Shown here one piece after another: positions 13,001-21,632 of a DNA stretch of 64,000 nucleotides. The notes below the pieces were generated by a model, which was not told the DNA's origin, ran no database searches, and saw only the letters and a program-made list of their open reading frames with translations. The stretch lies in the IMG/VR virus record IMGVR_UViG_3300047548_001271, positions 32,001-96,000 of that record; one strand, written 5' to 3'. The stretch comes from a virus. Made by a program: the position numbers and the translations under genes. Position 1 is the first letter of the stretch, and every line of letters begins with the position of its first letter.

Positions 13001-13837
13001 GCTAAAAAAGAAGAAAAACTCATAGAAATTGGTGGTGGCGCAAGACCTAAAGAAAGATTTATTATTCGCCCAGATGGAAAAAGAATAGATTTAAATTCTC
13101 CAAACGCTTATAATGAATTAAAATCTCCATATGATTCTCGCGAAAATTTAAATCAAGTCGATGTTATGTTATGGGAGGATGAAACTCGATACAGAGCCGG
13201 ATTAATACCTGGTAGAAAAAACACTGCGTATAAAGAGAAGCCAAGATCTTTTGATGAGTTTATGAAGGAAAGAGAAAGAATAGCTGAAACTGATAAAAAG
13301 CTAAGATTAGAAAGAGAAAATAAAACACAAAAAGATTTGCATGAATACAAAAATATCCTAATGCACCAAGGAAGATTCTTCTCTAACGGTGGTAGTGTAG
13401 ATACCATACCAGCAATGCTATCTCCGGGCGAATTTGTTATGAACAAACGATCGGTTGATAAAATTGGTGTTGGAAATCTTCAAAGAATGAACAAACCTCA
13501 AGGATATGCAACTGGCGGGTTTGTTACAACTAAAGGTCCAAAATATCTACAAGCTGGAGGAGCGGTTGAAAATGGTGGATCGATTGATTTTACATCTCTA
13601 TTCAGCAAGTTCGAATCATTTAACAGTAAGTTTTCTGAAAGTGTGACTCGATTAATAGAAATGCCAAAAATCTTTGAGATTAGCTTAGAGACAGTTGGTA
13701 TAAATGTCAATCTTAATGGTGCAGAATTCTTAGAAAAACTACCATCTGTATTAAAGGCTACAATTCTGGAGAATATACAATTAGAGATAGGAAATATCAC
13801 GAAAAAAGTTAAACAAGAATTAGCAGCAGGAAACTAA
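4058..13837 (+). CDS. tail tape measure protein with internal HEXXH metallopeptidase-like domain
   Basis: 3259 aa, Ala/Gln/Lys coiled-coil; TP901-type core (ESADTIATAFRTIFARL); three DTVPA(L/M)L(T/S)PGEFV-type motifs; SHELGH; glycine-zipper segment. Confidence 0.9.
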   Translation: MLNAALLLNVQASQQSLKQLNSTITKSLSNVGITVNSASAVKANSQIQSLMASQKQLQKVQQDASKTAKSFSDIVALKGVNFVQYTIATSAVLRLSNVISGATRESLKFEKELAVLAQTLNQSNAQVQEYSDSILKISKNYGLAQNKAAELVRVSAQAGLSIRESLKLANTLARTTLIGTFEDLNETQEAAISLMSSFKTSVDGAGEAIDSINVISKKYAVESSDLVEVIKRSGGAFKASGGQLNELLAAFTSVRSYSRESADTIATAFRTIFARLQRPKTIEYFKTLNIELEKAGVFIGNFQAIEAISKGLKVQNIVPGTTKFAEVVEQIGGIRQISKVIPLLENFSVAQDALALANRGVSESSQDVATAQETLIARIDRLRANFAALITEITQTESFKAIADAFINMANGAIELTRQLKGIIPFIAAISGFKLSLGLGRYLSGRIKNPPNNLPVTPMTANTGGFVPGVGDRDTVPALLTPGEFVINKKSAKAYGYGKLHKINKYAFGGKVSKQRATTFSDRRFMSRGPKLKDFAEAETILQDIIRSLSPEIQELLKNKFKGIYQASPGELFPFGKDTLKPQSFGYAHRVDKYIGLNKDKIALGNTPKLVVSHELGHILEGLMSEARGGPVGSMLSEGGATTDTFQSALIKLVKPTMEKQYADILTSGKIPDPKKAQEEFDYLTSNVELFADFFANSTDEGRRILTSTSQVNLGMARLKVHLLKAGKTFAGLSAGDIDPQAIPNAITQLESELQNLRPGQNIQQLIAQSQAKSATYTGVRQRKEADKAALRSSEIIQTIRMQQALPIAQSAIDKLEDAKLNVQKAIDEVYFDKTMYSLREDDKSHQEINAIYDPIIADLEKARDGFDAAMDEIDKRLDSEITSLERGIKRIQKAIAGLESEILAQDQLLEAESKNRAQLSSILEKRTKIEKELLVLKRVEAQRQKGIASALATKARQDAASTPENRSTIGASSNQYAKSKGFANAAEMNAALVARGSKQPTTTTSAGLQLQMRQQKAMRSVLSPIAKQTIPPLMLTPPPGATPPLSDLQSKVVDIIKPQIEKVMLQAGKSANDIAVYFANSRRVYEDFYKVSDQQTQQVLDRVKEAKIGIPLLGAQAKKQNKNFLGIFPQGSAEAKISPNELASSLRASIENIRKLNDDNTKSRIKIIRIGKDIIAEQLLISKAEAKRNQALTRLQTAKANRKALDPLAEQVRLFQGTPLALPSNIIQPLIDANKELAAAKSELTKTTNIVAGLKSRSNLPSLYAARSAERRAISDREAQVKDEEFARRSDLSSVSDKEQSREIMKVLEDRKKAITSEISSITANIKAIDQSTVAGQQQAAVLNARKMALIKEAKTIKTDIAGFQQTYFAQPGSFTQFNKAAQQKQNTVSILSTIRQQEKARREERERQRLAAIQAKISNIRQAGAAKREPVKRTPLTDQQKFMISAASAFVASSLQAAKEYDETGKAVRGFKNEMIDATSQIAILVGTLSGFGFDLSAGFEKFKLPTISKSKRFNSGNIERAIDRLVNPPIPFRPMEENDARRKVMDKVWNARRQDFNKSRVGSMLPKSIQSFVIGAEKLGYNLRNNISDNITKFGTSVSNAIGPILLIASAGLLVGKAMSTLADYIFGVADAEQRRLKAIESGNVESAVAAAREESRLKQNAGIGGAIGGAIGGAATGALIGSAFAGFGALPGAIIGGLTGLIGGAWNAAWDMFYNAAENLEAASKAQAQSVKASKEINSLVRKRESLIKEGKQSEIIKLELQAAKSLAKAASDTEAAEALAKFTGGEDQKLNAEKAREAFETASDEFSKVLESKVSEIASQIASGKIVVKNDPEKGFNLDNFINQVPELAAFQNEIAGIPSVLKEYRTALENSARIAVSERNIKLQLLEVYKNEQKVLEDRFRAEMALTQSLNKVVEASNKIESSFSLIQLGEDFTRNLQISASSSDQLSNIKNISDKPALERVLNAISIFEEFSPAINDVREAVRRQDIISNPSGAIVTGSQEINQILNNIERSDLAMSTEPGDVQTRQTVNDVIDDIIEKNFKGAGKEVVEVIKKQILDASVSGMISPSQMRTIFEENLIDPLQSSADKLAKAYELQVQSINRYSEALNIYSGMVIESAKMVSNAESTFTANQRALFEVITGTKADPRQMLAERTSSQAKLLNRLNVDGRIAGDSRALSKEIQVLQEKIAKTEKEISAQGFSTILQNQELQSNKDLLQLFSEAINDNIDSLSEFRDASLQIAQAERERVSQMKQELLSNITKPLNEQFRKIFASSFAKNILLGRSPLQMLTSQAAMMRPARQRDQFQADQAAVIQELQNIATNEGPQSQLAKAALDQLAFQQAIFEGQRQSMLMFGTPNSFDLQSTLQEIYSGTTQKGAKAEQDVVIANETLKNAQMEQANILKFSANLVAGEMELLSKEVRFLTEKFNRLNIEIPQQRNSGGEKFILQPRLDNTLVQARSGGGSIFKKRGTDTVPAMLTPGEFVMRKSAVDKIGVSNLEKMNKTGVIYRANGGPVEQKAMQEFGVPSMTSRSMRQLEKAIYEMEIKTGRTQDLDLRSSQMGSGLIGKFNAVPRVFFSVQADAIKSILKGKAPSIWKGYDAESIMAGSPHVEARKIEQKDIEEVIEYIRNIYSKHLTPGTKEHAKAYEEAVSKNSEQAIRNYFARIQEKESYSDSELGLMSIYKFRGNELDPMKTPLIKQRVMNKQKQSTGLPKLLERPPAQTYQDKIRSMSLNERINLYKEWENSADFIDSEPARRNKMTELGLAGTIVNPEEKRKAQSRQVFRALAYSFGRGASGKEAVEATQEKQVDNFTDILPKPAVKDYYAETMNKFPQPVVPQAVAQQAVTPQPISIQNPLEPEVVKEGPNEQKAIYTRNLIEEKIARRTAPQAITMEAVASQPQVDQTQKIKEKYKRLFGRFRYDPFTTQRLMISYQKELKEASQPKDIVAETRKKYDRKQTKLNQALIYANKTKSEIAKKEEKLIEIGGGARPKERFIIRPDGKRIDLNSPNAYNELKSPYDSRENLNQVDVMLWEDETRYRAGLIPGRKNTAYKEKPRSFDEFMKERERIAETDKKLRLERENKTQKDLHEYKNILMHQGRFFSNGGSVDTIPAMLSPGEFVMNKRSVDKIGVGNLQRMNKPQGYATGGFVTTKGPKYLQAGGAVENGGSIDFTSLFSKFESFNSKFSESVTRLIEMPKIFEISLETVGINVNLNGAEFLEKLPSVLKATILENIQLEIGNITKKVKQELAAGN

Positions 13838-13838
13838 T

Positions 13839-15350
13839 ATGCCAGTTAAAATTAATGATGTTCAGATAGCACCCGCACCAATAGTTACATTTTCTAAGAC
13901 CTATGTAAATAACTTAGGAAGCGGTGTTATTGGTGCAGAGTACACAATTAATCTCGCGGGAACATTAATTGCTTACAAAGGAAATCCAGAAGCCACCGGT
14001 GTTGATCCAACAGTTATTTTGTCTAGTGGATCACAATACGGAGATTTTAATCCGGACAACGATCAGATTAATTCATTATTACCTCCGTCGGCTTATGCCA
14101 CGTCGATAATGAAAAAACAAGAACAGCTTCGCTCTTTAGTTGCCTCTGGTTTGTCCTCAAACTCAGGTGTTAAGCTTGAAATTATCGGATTCAACGAAAG
14201 CAAGGGAATAAAGGCGCATTGTGATGTAGAAAGCATAGAATTTGATGATCAGACAAGATGGACAAATATATGTGGTTATACGATCAATTTAAAAACAAAC
14301 AAGTTTACAGAATCATCTAATGGGATTTTTTCCGCTAATGCAACTGAAGACGCCTTTTCGTATTATATATCAGACGCACAAGAATCATGGAGTATTTCTG
14401 AAGCCGATTCATTAACAGCTAGCAGTGGAAATGCTTTAGATGAAAAAAAGACTTACTCAATTAGCCACACAGTATCTGCTGTTGGACAGAGAACATATAA
14501 TAGTGGAGTTTTAGTAAGCCCTGTCTCACAAGCGAGTGGGTATGTACATAATGTATTAGGAATTGGAAGTGGTAATATACCATCTAGCTTTTTCAATTTA
14601 CCTTCTGGTTTAGTTGCTTGCAATAGAAAAGTTTCAGAAGAAATAGACAGACTTGCTGGTTCTTACCAAATTCAAGAAGAATTTACATTTTTACCGAGTG
14701 GACAACTAGCGACAGAATCTGTTCAGTTTAGCATAGAAAATGACACAAGCTCTTTAAAAAGAATTTCAGTAAATGGTACAATAACTGGAATGAATTCTCT
14801 TGGTGCCACAGATAGATCAACAAATAGATATATAAATGCTTCTTCTTATTGGGCGTCTGTTTCTGGTCAGATATATAATAGAGCATCTGGAAATTACGAC
14901 GACATTTACTTAAATCCAATTCCATTATCAAAGAGTATTGGTAAAAATCCGCAAGAAGGCACGATTACTTATAATTATTCATTTGATAATAGACCAGCCA
15001 ATTTTATAGCAAACGCTTTAACAGAAGATATTCAAGTCACAGATACTTATCCAGGACAAAATATTAATGTTGTACCAGTTATTGGTAGAAGTCAACCTAT
15101 AATACAATATGTAAATTCTCGTAGTGAATATAGACGGTCACTATCTATTACCGCTAACTTACCAGCTAGCGGGGGGTTGGTTGCGAAACCCTCAATATCT
15201 GAATTAACAGCTATATTTGATTTTTACAAACCAATTGGAAACAAAGTTTATTATGAAGCTCCAACTGAAAACTGGAATCCAAGGACTGGACAATATTCAT
15301 ATAGCATTAATTGGGTTTTTGAAGGTCCAAGTTTAGTAAATAATTATTAG
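13839..15350 (+). CDS. tail protein (distal tail/hub-like)
   Basis: Directly follows tape measure gene; beta-rich, Ser-Gly-rich 503 aa. Confidence 0.6.
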   Translation: MPVKINDVQIAPAPIVTFSKTYVNNLGSGVIGAEYTINLAGTLIAYKGNPEATGVDPTVILSSGSQYGDFNPDNDQINSLLPPSAYATSIMKKQEQLRSLVASGLSSNSGVKLEIIGFNESKGIKAHCDVESIEFDDQTRWTNICGYTINLKTNKFTESSNGIFSANATEDAFSYYISDAQESWSISEADSLTASSGNALDEKKTYSISHTVSAVGQRTYNSGVLVSPVSQASGYVHNVLGIGSGNIPSSFFNLPSGLVACNRKVSEEIDRLAGSYQIQEEFTFLPSGQLATESVQFSIENDTSSLKRISVNGTITGMNSLGATDRSTNRYINASSYWASVSGQIYNRASGNYDDIYLNPIPLSKSIGKNPQEGTITYNYSFDNRPANFIANALTEDIQVTDTYPGQNINVVPVIGRSQPIIQYVNSRSEYRRSLSITANLPASGGLVAKPSISELTAIFDFYKPIGNKVYYEAPTENWNPRTGQYSYSINWVFEGPSLVNNY

Positions 15351-15359
15351 GAGACAGGA

Positions 15360-18300
15360 ATGATAGAGCCATTTGGCGACAACAACGGAATAGCATCTCC
15401 ATTAGATTTAGGCGTTCAGACCTTTCTAGGTCTAACAGTTGTTGACTTTGCTATAAATTCATCTTGGACTCCAGAAGGCGGACAATGTAATATTACACTG
15501 ATTCAAGATGATGGACAGTATTTATCTCCATTAGCTGTAGCTGGTAGTCCACAATATTTTGAAATTGTATCAAATGCTGGAGAGCCAATATTTAGATTCT
15601 ACGGTATTTTAAGTAAAATTTCAAGGGATGTAAATCAAAATTCTAAAACATATACTGCAACACTTCAATCCCCAACGATTCTTTTAGATGCTTGTGCATT
15701 AATTCTCGATTCTTATGCTGGAAAAGGATCTGAGTTAGAGGCATATGGACCAAACGTTCCAACTTGCATTCCATATGGAAGTAAAAATTCTTCATTAAAT
15801 ACATCTAGCATCTTTAACATACAGAACTTATTTGGTGTTTTTGAAAACTCCGCATATGGTGCCACTGGAGCAGGTTTTGGTAGAAGCGTTATAAACAAAG
15901 ACGGAATGCGTATTGACTTCTTTTCATACGCTCTTGATTTGCTACTAAATGGGACGGCATTAACTCCTGATTTAGGAAGTAATATTATTTATGGTTGTGA
16001 CACATATGATTTGACTTCATCAAAAGCGTTTGCTTATAATTTTGATGTTGTTGGTTTTCTTTCCAGCATAGCTTCATTCATCCCTAATGATTATCGTGTA
16101 ACAGCAACAACCATTATGGATTTTGTTGATAAACTATGTGCAGATATAAACCACGTCTATTATATCGACTTGCTAAAACCTCCTGGCTCTGGCAATCCAG
16201 CTTTTGGATCTTCGCATGAGTCTAGCAATGTTCCAAACCTAACACACGCAAACACAATATATGGCGGACAAATAATAGTAAAGGTGCAAAATAGAAATAC
16301 ATCACTTGGTGTTAAATTTCCGCTTTCTCAGAATATTATAAAAAATGAAGGCTCTGATAAACTTGGAGGAGTCGGTCAAACTCAAAATTTACCGCTTGAT
16401 ATTGGTGTCGAAGGATCTTTTCATCCAGATGGACCACCAGTGGCTTCTCCTCCATATGGAGAATTTCCAGTAGAAGAAATTACCTCTGATAACACTGAAA
16501 GATACTCAAGCACAAATTTGAGTGTCAATTTGACGCAGGGGGCTGTTGCAGCAAAATATATTACTGGTGGTTTTCAATCAAGAATGAATTATGTTTCCAC
16601 TTATTTAGGAAACGATAAAAATCCAGAAATATATGATTCAAATTGTTCTCCACCACCAGATGTTGATAATTCACCAAATGTATATTGTTACTGGGGAGAA
16701 ATCAATCTAGCCGCAAGGTTAAATCTAGGCGAAGAAAGCACCATCAGAAATGTTCCGATAATAACGCCTTTCTTATTTGGTGATTATGAATTTCACGACT
16801 TTATTTTAATTGATATTTTTGACTTAGTTGGTAACACAACAATGGGTGCAACTGGAGCTAGTACAGGTGCAGTGTTTAATGGTATTTATCCTTGCAGCTT
16901 AAGAGAGCTAAGACATGCCATGACTAGTTATGAATCTTGGATTAGCTTCATGGAATATAATAAAGCCGGAAAATTATTTGCAATACAAGTTTATTTTGAA
17001 CAAGCGAACGCTTCATATATAGCGCCTTTATATAACGCAGATGGAACATTAACGTTTGAAGGATTTGCGGCAAAATTTGGCGGATTAAATTCTTTACATC
17101 AACATACAACAGCTACAAAACAAATATCAAGACCGGCGTGTTCTAATTTATTTGATATTGACACGTTCTTAAAATCATTACATGGGAAGATATCTTCTAT
17201 AGGTGATGAGCATTATGGGCAGAGTTTTGCCGTTAAAATGCCAGTGTACAGTATAAAATCTGATAATGAATATGAAGCACCTCTTAATTCTTTTATAAAG
17301 AGCTGGCAAATATCAGACTCTGCTTATATAGATCCACCAAATTATATTTATTATGAGGCTCCTAATGGAGTTTTTGTTAGAAATGGAAGAGTTGCCGCAT
17401 ACGCAAATTTCGAGGCAAACTTTAACTCATTAAAAATTCCATACGGACCATATTCTCAAGAATTAAACATACCACTTAAATTTGTTGGAAATTATGATTT
17501 TTCTGGATATCAATCCAACGAAGTTTTAACACAGATATATGGAGCAAATATTATTAATTCGGTTTTAACCCAAGTTAATCCGGAATATTTGCTTGTTCCG
17601 CCATCTTATTTCACTTCCTATTCTTTACTGTTGATGCCGCCACTATCATCTGAGGTCCAACGCTTAAATATTCTACCGCAAATGATAGGATGTATAGATT
17701 ATATAAAACAACTAAAGATAGATGAGAACGGAATTGGAATGACTCCTTTTGCACTCGCAAAAATAAAAAGAGTTTTGGTTCCTTCTTTATTGAATGGCCC
17801 AGACAATCCTTATAATTATATGTCCCAGTTTACTGGGGTCTGCCAAAATGGTAATCTAAATCAATCGCAAATTAACGATCAAGACACTCCATATCCAGTT
17901 CACGGGGTTCCAAAAAGTTTTGGTATTCCACAGCAATCTACTAGGTATGTATATGGCCCATGGGTTACAAACATTTCTCTGCCATATGGAGCAAAAATAG
18001 AATATGTAAAAGACGAATCTTTAGTTCCTGAAAATTATATTATACCGGGTACAATAACAATAAATGGAATTGATTATACAATTTTATCTGGTTATGAAGG
18101 AATGAATCAAATAGGACAATTAATGGCCGACAGTGTTGAAAATTTTGATTATTTATTTACTGAGGAAGCGACAATTGAGATTCCAGGTTATCCAAAAATC
18201 ACTCATATTGGACAAGCCTTGATAGATGGCGGCCCTTTAGTTTCTGATATAAGTATTAATATTAATGCTAATAGCGTTTCAACTAAATACGGGATGAAGA

Positions 18301-18398
18301 CATTTGCTCCAAAATTTGGTAGAGCAAATCAGTTTATTATAAGATCTTTGTCTAATCTAGCTAAACAAATTTCTGCTGTTCAAAAGGTTGGTGGCTAA
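15360..18398 (+). CDS. large tail tip/baseplate hub-like protein
   Basis: GGAG RBS; 1012 aa; position; C-terminal strand pattern (VSDISININANSVSTKYGMKTF) typical of hub proteins. Confidence 0.55.
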   Translation: MIEPFGDNNGIASPLDLGVQTFLGLTVVDFAINSSWTPEGGQCNITLIQDDGQYLSPLAVAGSPQYFEIVSNAGEPIFRFYGILSKISRDVNQNSKTYTATLQSPTILLDACALILDSYAGKGSELEAYGPNVPTCIPYGSKNSSLNTSSIFNIQNLFGVFENSAYGATGAGFGRSVINKDGMRIDFFSYALDLLLNGTALTPDLGSNIIYGCDTYDLTSSKAFAYNFDVVGFLSSIASFIPNDYRVTATTIMDFVDKLCADINHVYYIDLLKPPGSGNPAFGSSHESSNVPNLTHANTIYGGQIIVKVQNRNTSLGVKFPLSQNIIKNEGSDKLGGVGQTQNLPLDIGVEGSFHPDGPPVASPPYGEFPVEEITSDNTERYSSTNLSVNLTQGAVAAKYITGGFQSRMNYVSTYLGNDKNPEIYDSNCSPPPDVDNSPNVYCYWGEINLAARLNLGEESTIRNVPIITPFLFGDYEFHDFILIDIFDLVGNTTMGATGASTGAVFNGIYPCSLRELRHAMTSYESWISFMEYNKAGKLFAIQVYFEQANASYIAPLYNADGTLTFEGFAAKFGGLNSLHQHTTATKQISRPACSNLFDIDTFLKSLHGKISSIGDEHYGQSFAVKMPVYSIKSDNEYEAPLNSFIKSWQISDSAYIDPPNYIYYEAPNGVFVRNGRVAAYANFEANFNSLKIPYGPYSQELNIPLKFVGNYDFSGYQSNEVLTQIYGANIINSVLTQVNPEYLLVPPSYFTSYSLLLMPPLSSEVQRLNILPQMIGCIDYIKQLKIDENGIGMTPFALAKIKRVLVPSLLNGPDNPYNYMSQFTGVCQNGNLNQSQINDQDTPYPVHGVPKSFGIPQQSTRYVYGPWVTNISLPYGAKIEYVKDESLVPENYIIPGTITINGIDYTILSGYEGMNQIGQLMADSVENFDYLFTEEATIEIPGYPKITHIGQALIDGGPLVSDISININANSVSTKYGMKTFAPKFGRANQFIIRSLSNLAKQISAVQKVGG

Positions 18399-19441
18399 TG
18401 CATAGAGATTCATCAACTATTATAAGTAAAAATCACTTTGTTGCAATAGCAAAAGTTTCTCCTCAGACAATATTATTGAAGAATACAATTGGAGAATCAA
18501 TAGACCCAAACGATGTAACTAAATATCAAACAATTAATTCTATTGAGGTTGGTTTTTGTACAATTGAATCGGCAAATAACGCAGTAGCAAATGATTTTGA
18601 CAATATTGGCTTAATAAGTTTGGATGGAATATTTTGTCCTTATGTAATTAAACCTGGTGGTGGATCTCACGCAAACCTGCCTTATTGGGAATTACCAACT
18701 AGCAGCTCAGATATAAACTCTATAAATTTAAACCCATTCAATACTAATAATTTATTTTTTGAAAGTGGCGTTTTTAATGCTGATAGATTTTATGAAAGCG
18801 GACATAATATAAATTTAATTAATTCTACTAGTGGGGTTGGTAGAGATTCTAAGTCCAATTTATCAGTATATAAGGAATTAGCTTATAATAATAAAGTTTC
18901 TTATGAAAATGGGATTAGAGCTGTCGGATTAAGAGCCCCTCTCATATTAAGCGGACCAGGATATAAAACAAATGGAAAACCAATACCAGCAGACCCAAAT
19001 GATGAAAATAAATTCGCTAATGATGCATTTCGTAATCCATCAAAATGGCCTTCTGGTCCGGTTGATCTGAGATTTGATGACGAAAGAAAGGTTTGGACAG
19101 CTTCTGGTATTGGACGAGAAGGTGTTCGACATATAAAATTTACAATAGTTTCCGCCGTTGATGGCTCTTTGTCAGTTTTTGGATCATATGACGAATGGGA
19201 TGTTGGATATACAGAATCTGATGTTCCAGGAGACTTAAATACACTTGCTGGAATATCTCCACCGCTAGGTGTAGTAGAAATTTTTGATAGTAATGGGTGC
19301 TACTTTGATGAACCAGCAGACGAATTATTAGGAAGAAGTGGATATGCTCATTATTTATTACCACGAGGAAGCTATAGTGAGCCAAGATGGGTCGTTACAT
19401 CTTTATGTTGTAGAAAATTAACTTGCTCAGAAGGAAATTAA
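18398..19441 (+). CDS. tail-associated protein
   Basis: TAATG coupling; GLRAPLILSG...GPVDLRFDDERKVW motif; Cys-rich C-terminus. Confidence 0.55.
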   Translation: MHRDSSTIISKNHFVAIAKVSPQTILLKNTIGESIDPNDVTKYQTINSIEVGFCTIESANNAVANDFDNIGLISLDGIFCPYVIKPGGGSHANLPYWELPTSSSDINSINLNPFNTNNLFFESGVFNADRFYESGHNINLINSTSGVGRDSKSNLSVYKELAYNNKVSYENGIRAVGLRAPLILSGPGYKTNGKPIPADPNDENKFANDAFRNPSKWPSGPVDLRFDDERKVWTASGIGREGVRHIKFTIVSAVDGSLSVFGSYDEWDVGYTESDVPGDLNTLAGISPPLGVVEIFDSNGCYFDEPADELLGRSGYAHYLLPRGSYSEPRWVVTSLCCRKLTCSEGN

Positions 19442-19442
19442 T

Positions 19443-21632
19443 GTGGATAAAGGACGAGATGAATTTTGTTGTTGCAACGGCTGTCAGTGTAAGCCAGAAC
19501 CCTCTTCATTGTCTGGAATAAATGGTTCTCCAGAGTATTTATCTAAACAAACTATATGGAGAAGGTTTTGTTGTTCATGCGTTCCAAAGCAAGCATGTGT
19601 AACAATAACTTATAAAGAAAATTCAAACACATATAACTATTTTTTATATTATCCACCATCTGCTCCTCCACAAGATTTAGATCAAGCGTTATATGTTCCA
19701 GAAAGTGGTCAATCTGTTTATATTGGTGATGGAGAAATAATAGATCTATCATTTCATTTTAAGATTAGAAATGGTTCTTGTTATTTTTCTTTAGCTAGTG
19801 AAAGTCTTGGAATAGATTTAGAAAATCAGTATTATGATAAAATAATAGACGCCGACACAAGAAAAGGGCCAGACTTTTTTTGTAAAACACTGTCTACTGA
19901 TGGTCTTGGATATACATTATTCCAGATTAATGATGATTTGCAAATAACAATCTCTGCAGCTAATCATGTTCCAATTCTAGGAAGAAAGAATTGTTATGAT
20001 CAATACGGAAACATTGTTTTTGATGAAAGTCCACTTCGCAATTTATGTTGCAATTGTTCTTGTATTTGTGAATGCATGTATCTTAACTACGGCGGAACGT
20101 TATTATTTATAGATGATAATAATGAAATAATTGACAATCAAGTAGCTATTCAATCAACCGCATGTTTAAATAATTATAATGATAATTGTTCAGTTAATTG
20201 GCTTTTTGATATGGGTGTAACATTAAGTATAAAAACAGATTATAATAAATGTCTGCTAGAGGATATGTTATCATGTTATAAGTTAGATGAGCAATATGGA
20301 GACAGAATTGATTCAATGGCTTCTTCTGGAGCATTAGCTAGTGGCGGTTTTAGTAGTAATGGAAGAACCCTATCTAGCATAAATAATGTTTCATATTCTT
20401 CTGGAAAAATTGGTAATTCGGCGTATTTTAATGGTAGTAACTATTTAATATGGCTAGATGAAGATCCAATAGATAGAATTAGATTAGAAGATTCTGACGG
20501 CGCAATATTATTATGGTGTAAACTAGATTCTATTAACAATGATATGTGCATACTATCTAAATATAGTGATCAAATTCAACTAAAGTTAGTAGATGATGTT
20601 TATACATATATTGATGTTGCTTCTTATGAAATTTCATTCGATGCTTCTGATAATAAGTTTATATTTAAAATATCTAATGGGTCTCAAGAATTTACAGTTT
20701 CATCAACATATAAAACTGGTATTGTCGCAAATACTTGGTATTCCATATATGCAGAAATAGATAATACAAATAAAAAAATAGCGATCAAAGTTGGTGATGA
20801 CCAATTTTATTCTTCATCTTTTAGTGGGTCTCTTCAAGATGTAAGACCCGCATTATATCTCGGTAGAAGTGGAAATTCAACAAATTATAATTATCTATCT
20901 GGCCAAATCGACCAAGTCTTAATATGGGCTAGAGTTTTAGGAAAATCAACAATCAAATGCTGTGATAATATAAGTGATTATAATTTAAGACTAAGCGAAG
21001 TTGATAAATTAATTAATAATAATTTTATTGCTGATACAAATGATATAATTACATGTAATTTTGATAAGAGGTGTTATGCCCATTTAGATGTTGGTGAGTT
21101 AGATATAACATCTACTCCACAACCAATACTTCTCGGTAGTGAGCTATTAAATACAAAATGTCCATCGCCAGAGCTAGTTTGGAATTTAACTCATGCGGCA
21201 GATGAGTTTATATCACAACCATATCCAGTTGTATTTACTTTTAGATGCAAAAACTGTGATAATATACCAACCGTCTATATTGATTCTTGTTGTTATACTG
21301 GAAGAACAAATTTTCCAACATCATTAAGAGCCGATATATCTACAGATTGCCCAGGTTGTCCATCAATAACAATAGGTTTGATATGGCAAGGATATAATTC
21401 TTATTATGAGGGTGTTGGATATTTATGTGGTCAGCAAATATTAGTTAGAGTCGCGTGCCCATTTAATGAAATATATATTAATTGGGGACTTTGTTTTGCT
21501 GGAAATATCAGTGCTGATTCATCTAATTGCGACCCCATTCTGATAACTGGTTCAGCACAATCTGCTGGATTAGGATGTTGTCCAAGCGACCCATTTTTAA
21601 ATCCTATATTAAGTATTACGATATATGAATAA
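19443..21632 (+). CDS. Cys-rich tail fibre-like protein with LamG/concanavalin-like domain
   Basis: About 40 Cys in CC/CxC clusters; central YKLDE...GKIGNSAYFNG...WY...GQIDQVLIWARVL LamG signature. Confidence 0.65.
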   Translation: MDKGRDEFCCCNGCQCKPEPSSLSGINGSPEYLSKQTIWRRFCCSCVPKQACVTITYKENSNTYNYFLYYPPSAPPQDLDQALYVPESGQSVYIGDGEIIDLSFHFKIRNGSCYFSLASESLGIDLENQYYDKIIDADTRKGPDFFCKTLSTDGLGYTLFQINDDLQITISAANHVPILGRKNCYDQYGNIVFDESPLRNLCCNCSCICECMYLNYGGTLLFIDDNNEIIDNQVAIQSTACLNNYNDNCSVNWLFDMGVTLSIKTDYNKCLLEDMLSCYKLDEQYGDRIDSMASSGALASGGFSSNGRTLSSINNVSYSSGKIGNSAYFNGSNYLIWLDEDPIDRIRLEDSDGAILLWCKLDSINNDMCILSKYSDQIQLKLVDDVYTYIDVASYEISFDASDNKFIFKISNGSQEFTVSSTYKTGIVANTWYSIYAEIDNTNKKIAIKVGDDQFYSSSFSGSLQDVRPALYLGRSGNSTNYNYLSGQIDQVLIWARVLGKSTIKCCDNISDYNLRLSEVDKLINNNFIADTNDIITCNFDKRCYAHLDVGELDITSTPQPILLGSELLNTKCPSPELVWNLTHAADEFISQPYPVVFTFRCKNCDNIPTVYIDSCCYTGRTNFPTSLRADISTDCPGCPSITIGLIWQGYNSYYEGVGYLCGQQILVRVACPFNEIYINWGLCFAGNISADSSNCDPILITGSAQSAGLGCCPSDPFLNPILSITIYE

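Noticed and set aside
4618-13800. Antisense and alternate-frame ORFs inside the tape measure gene (and similar ones inside other long genes)
   Set aside because: Shadows of the coding strand with no RBS or motifs; the recurring ITNSPG ORFs simply mirror the PGEFV repeats
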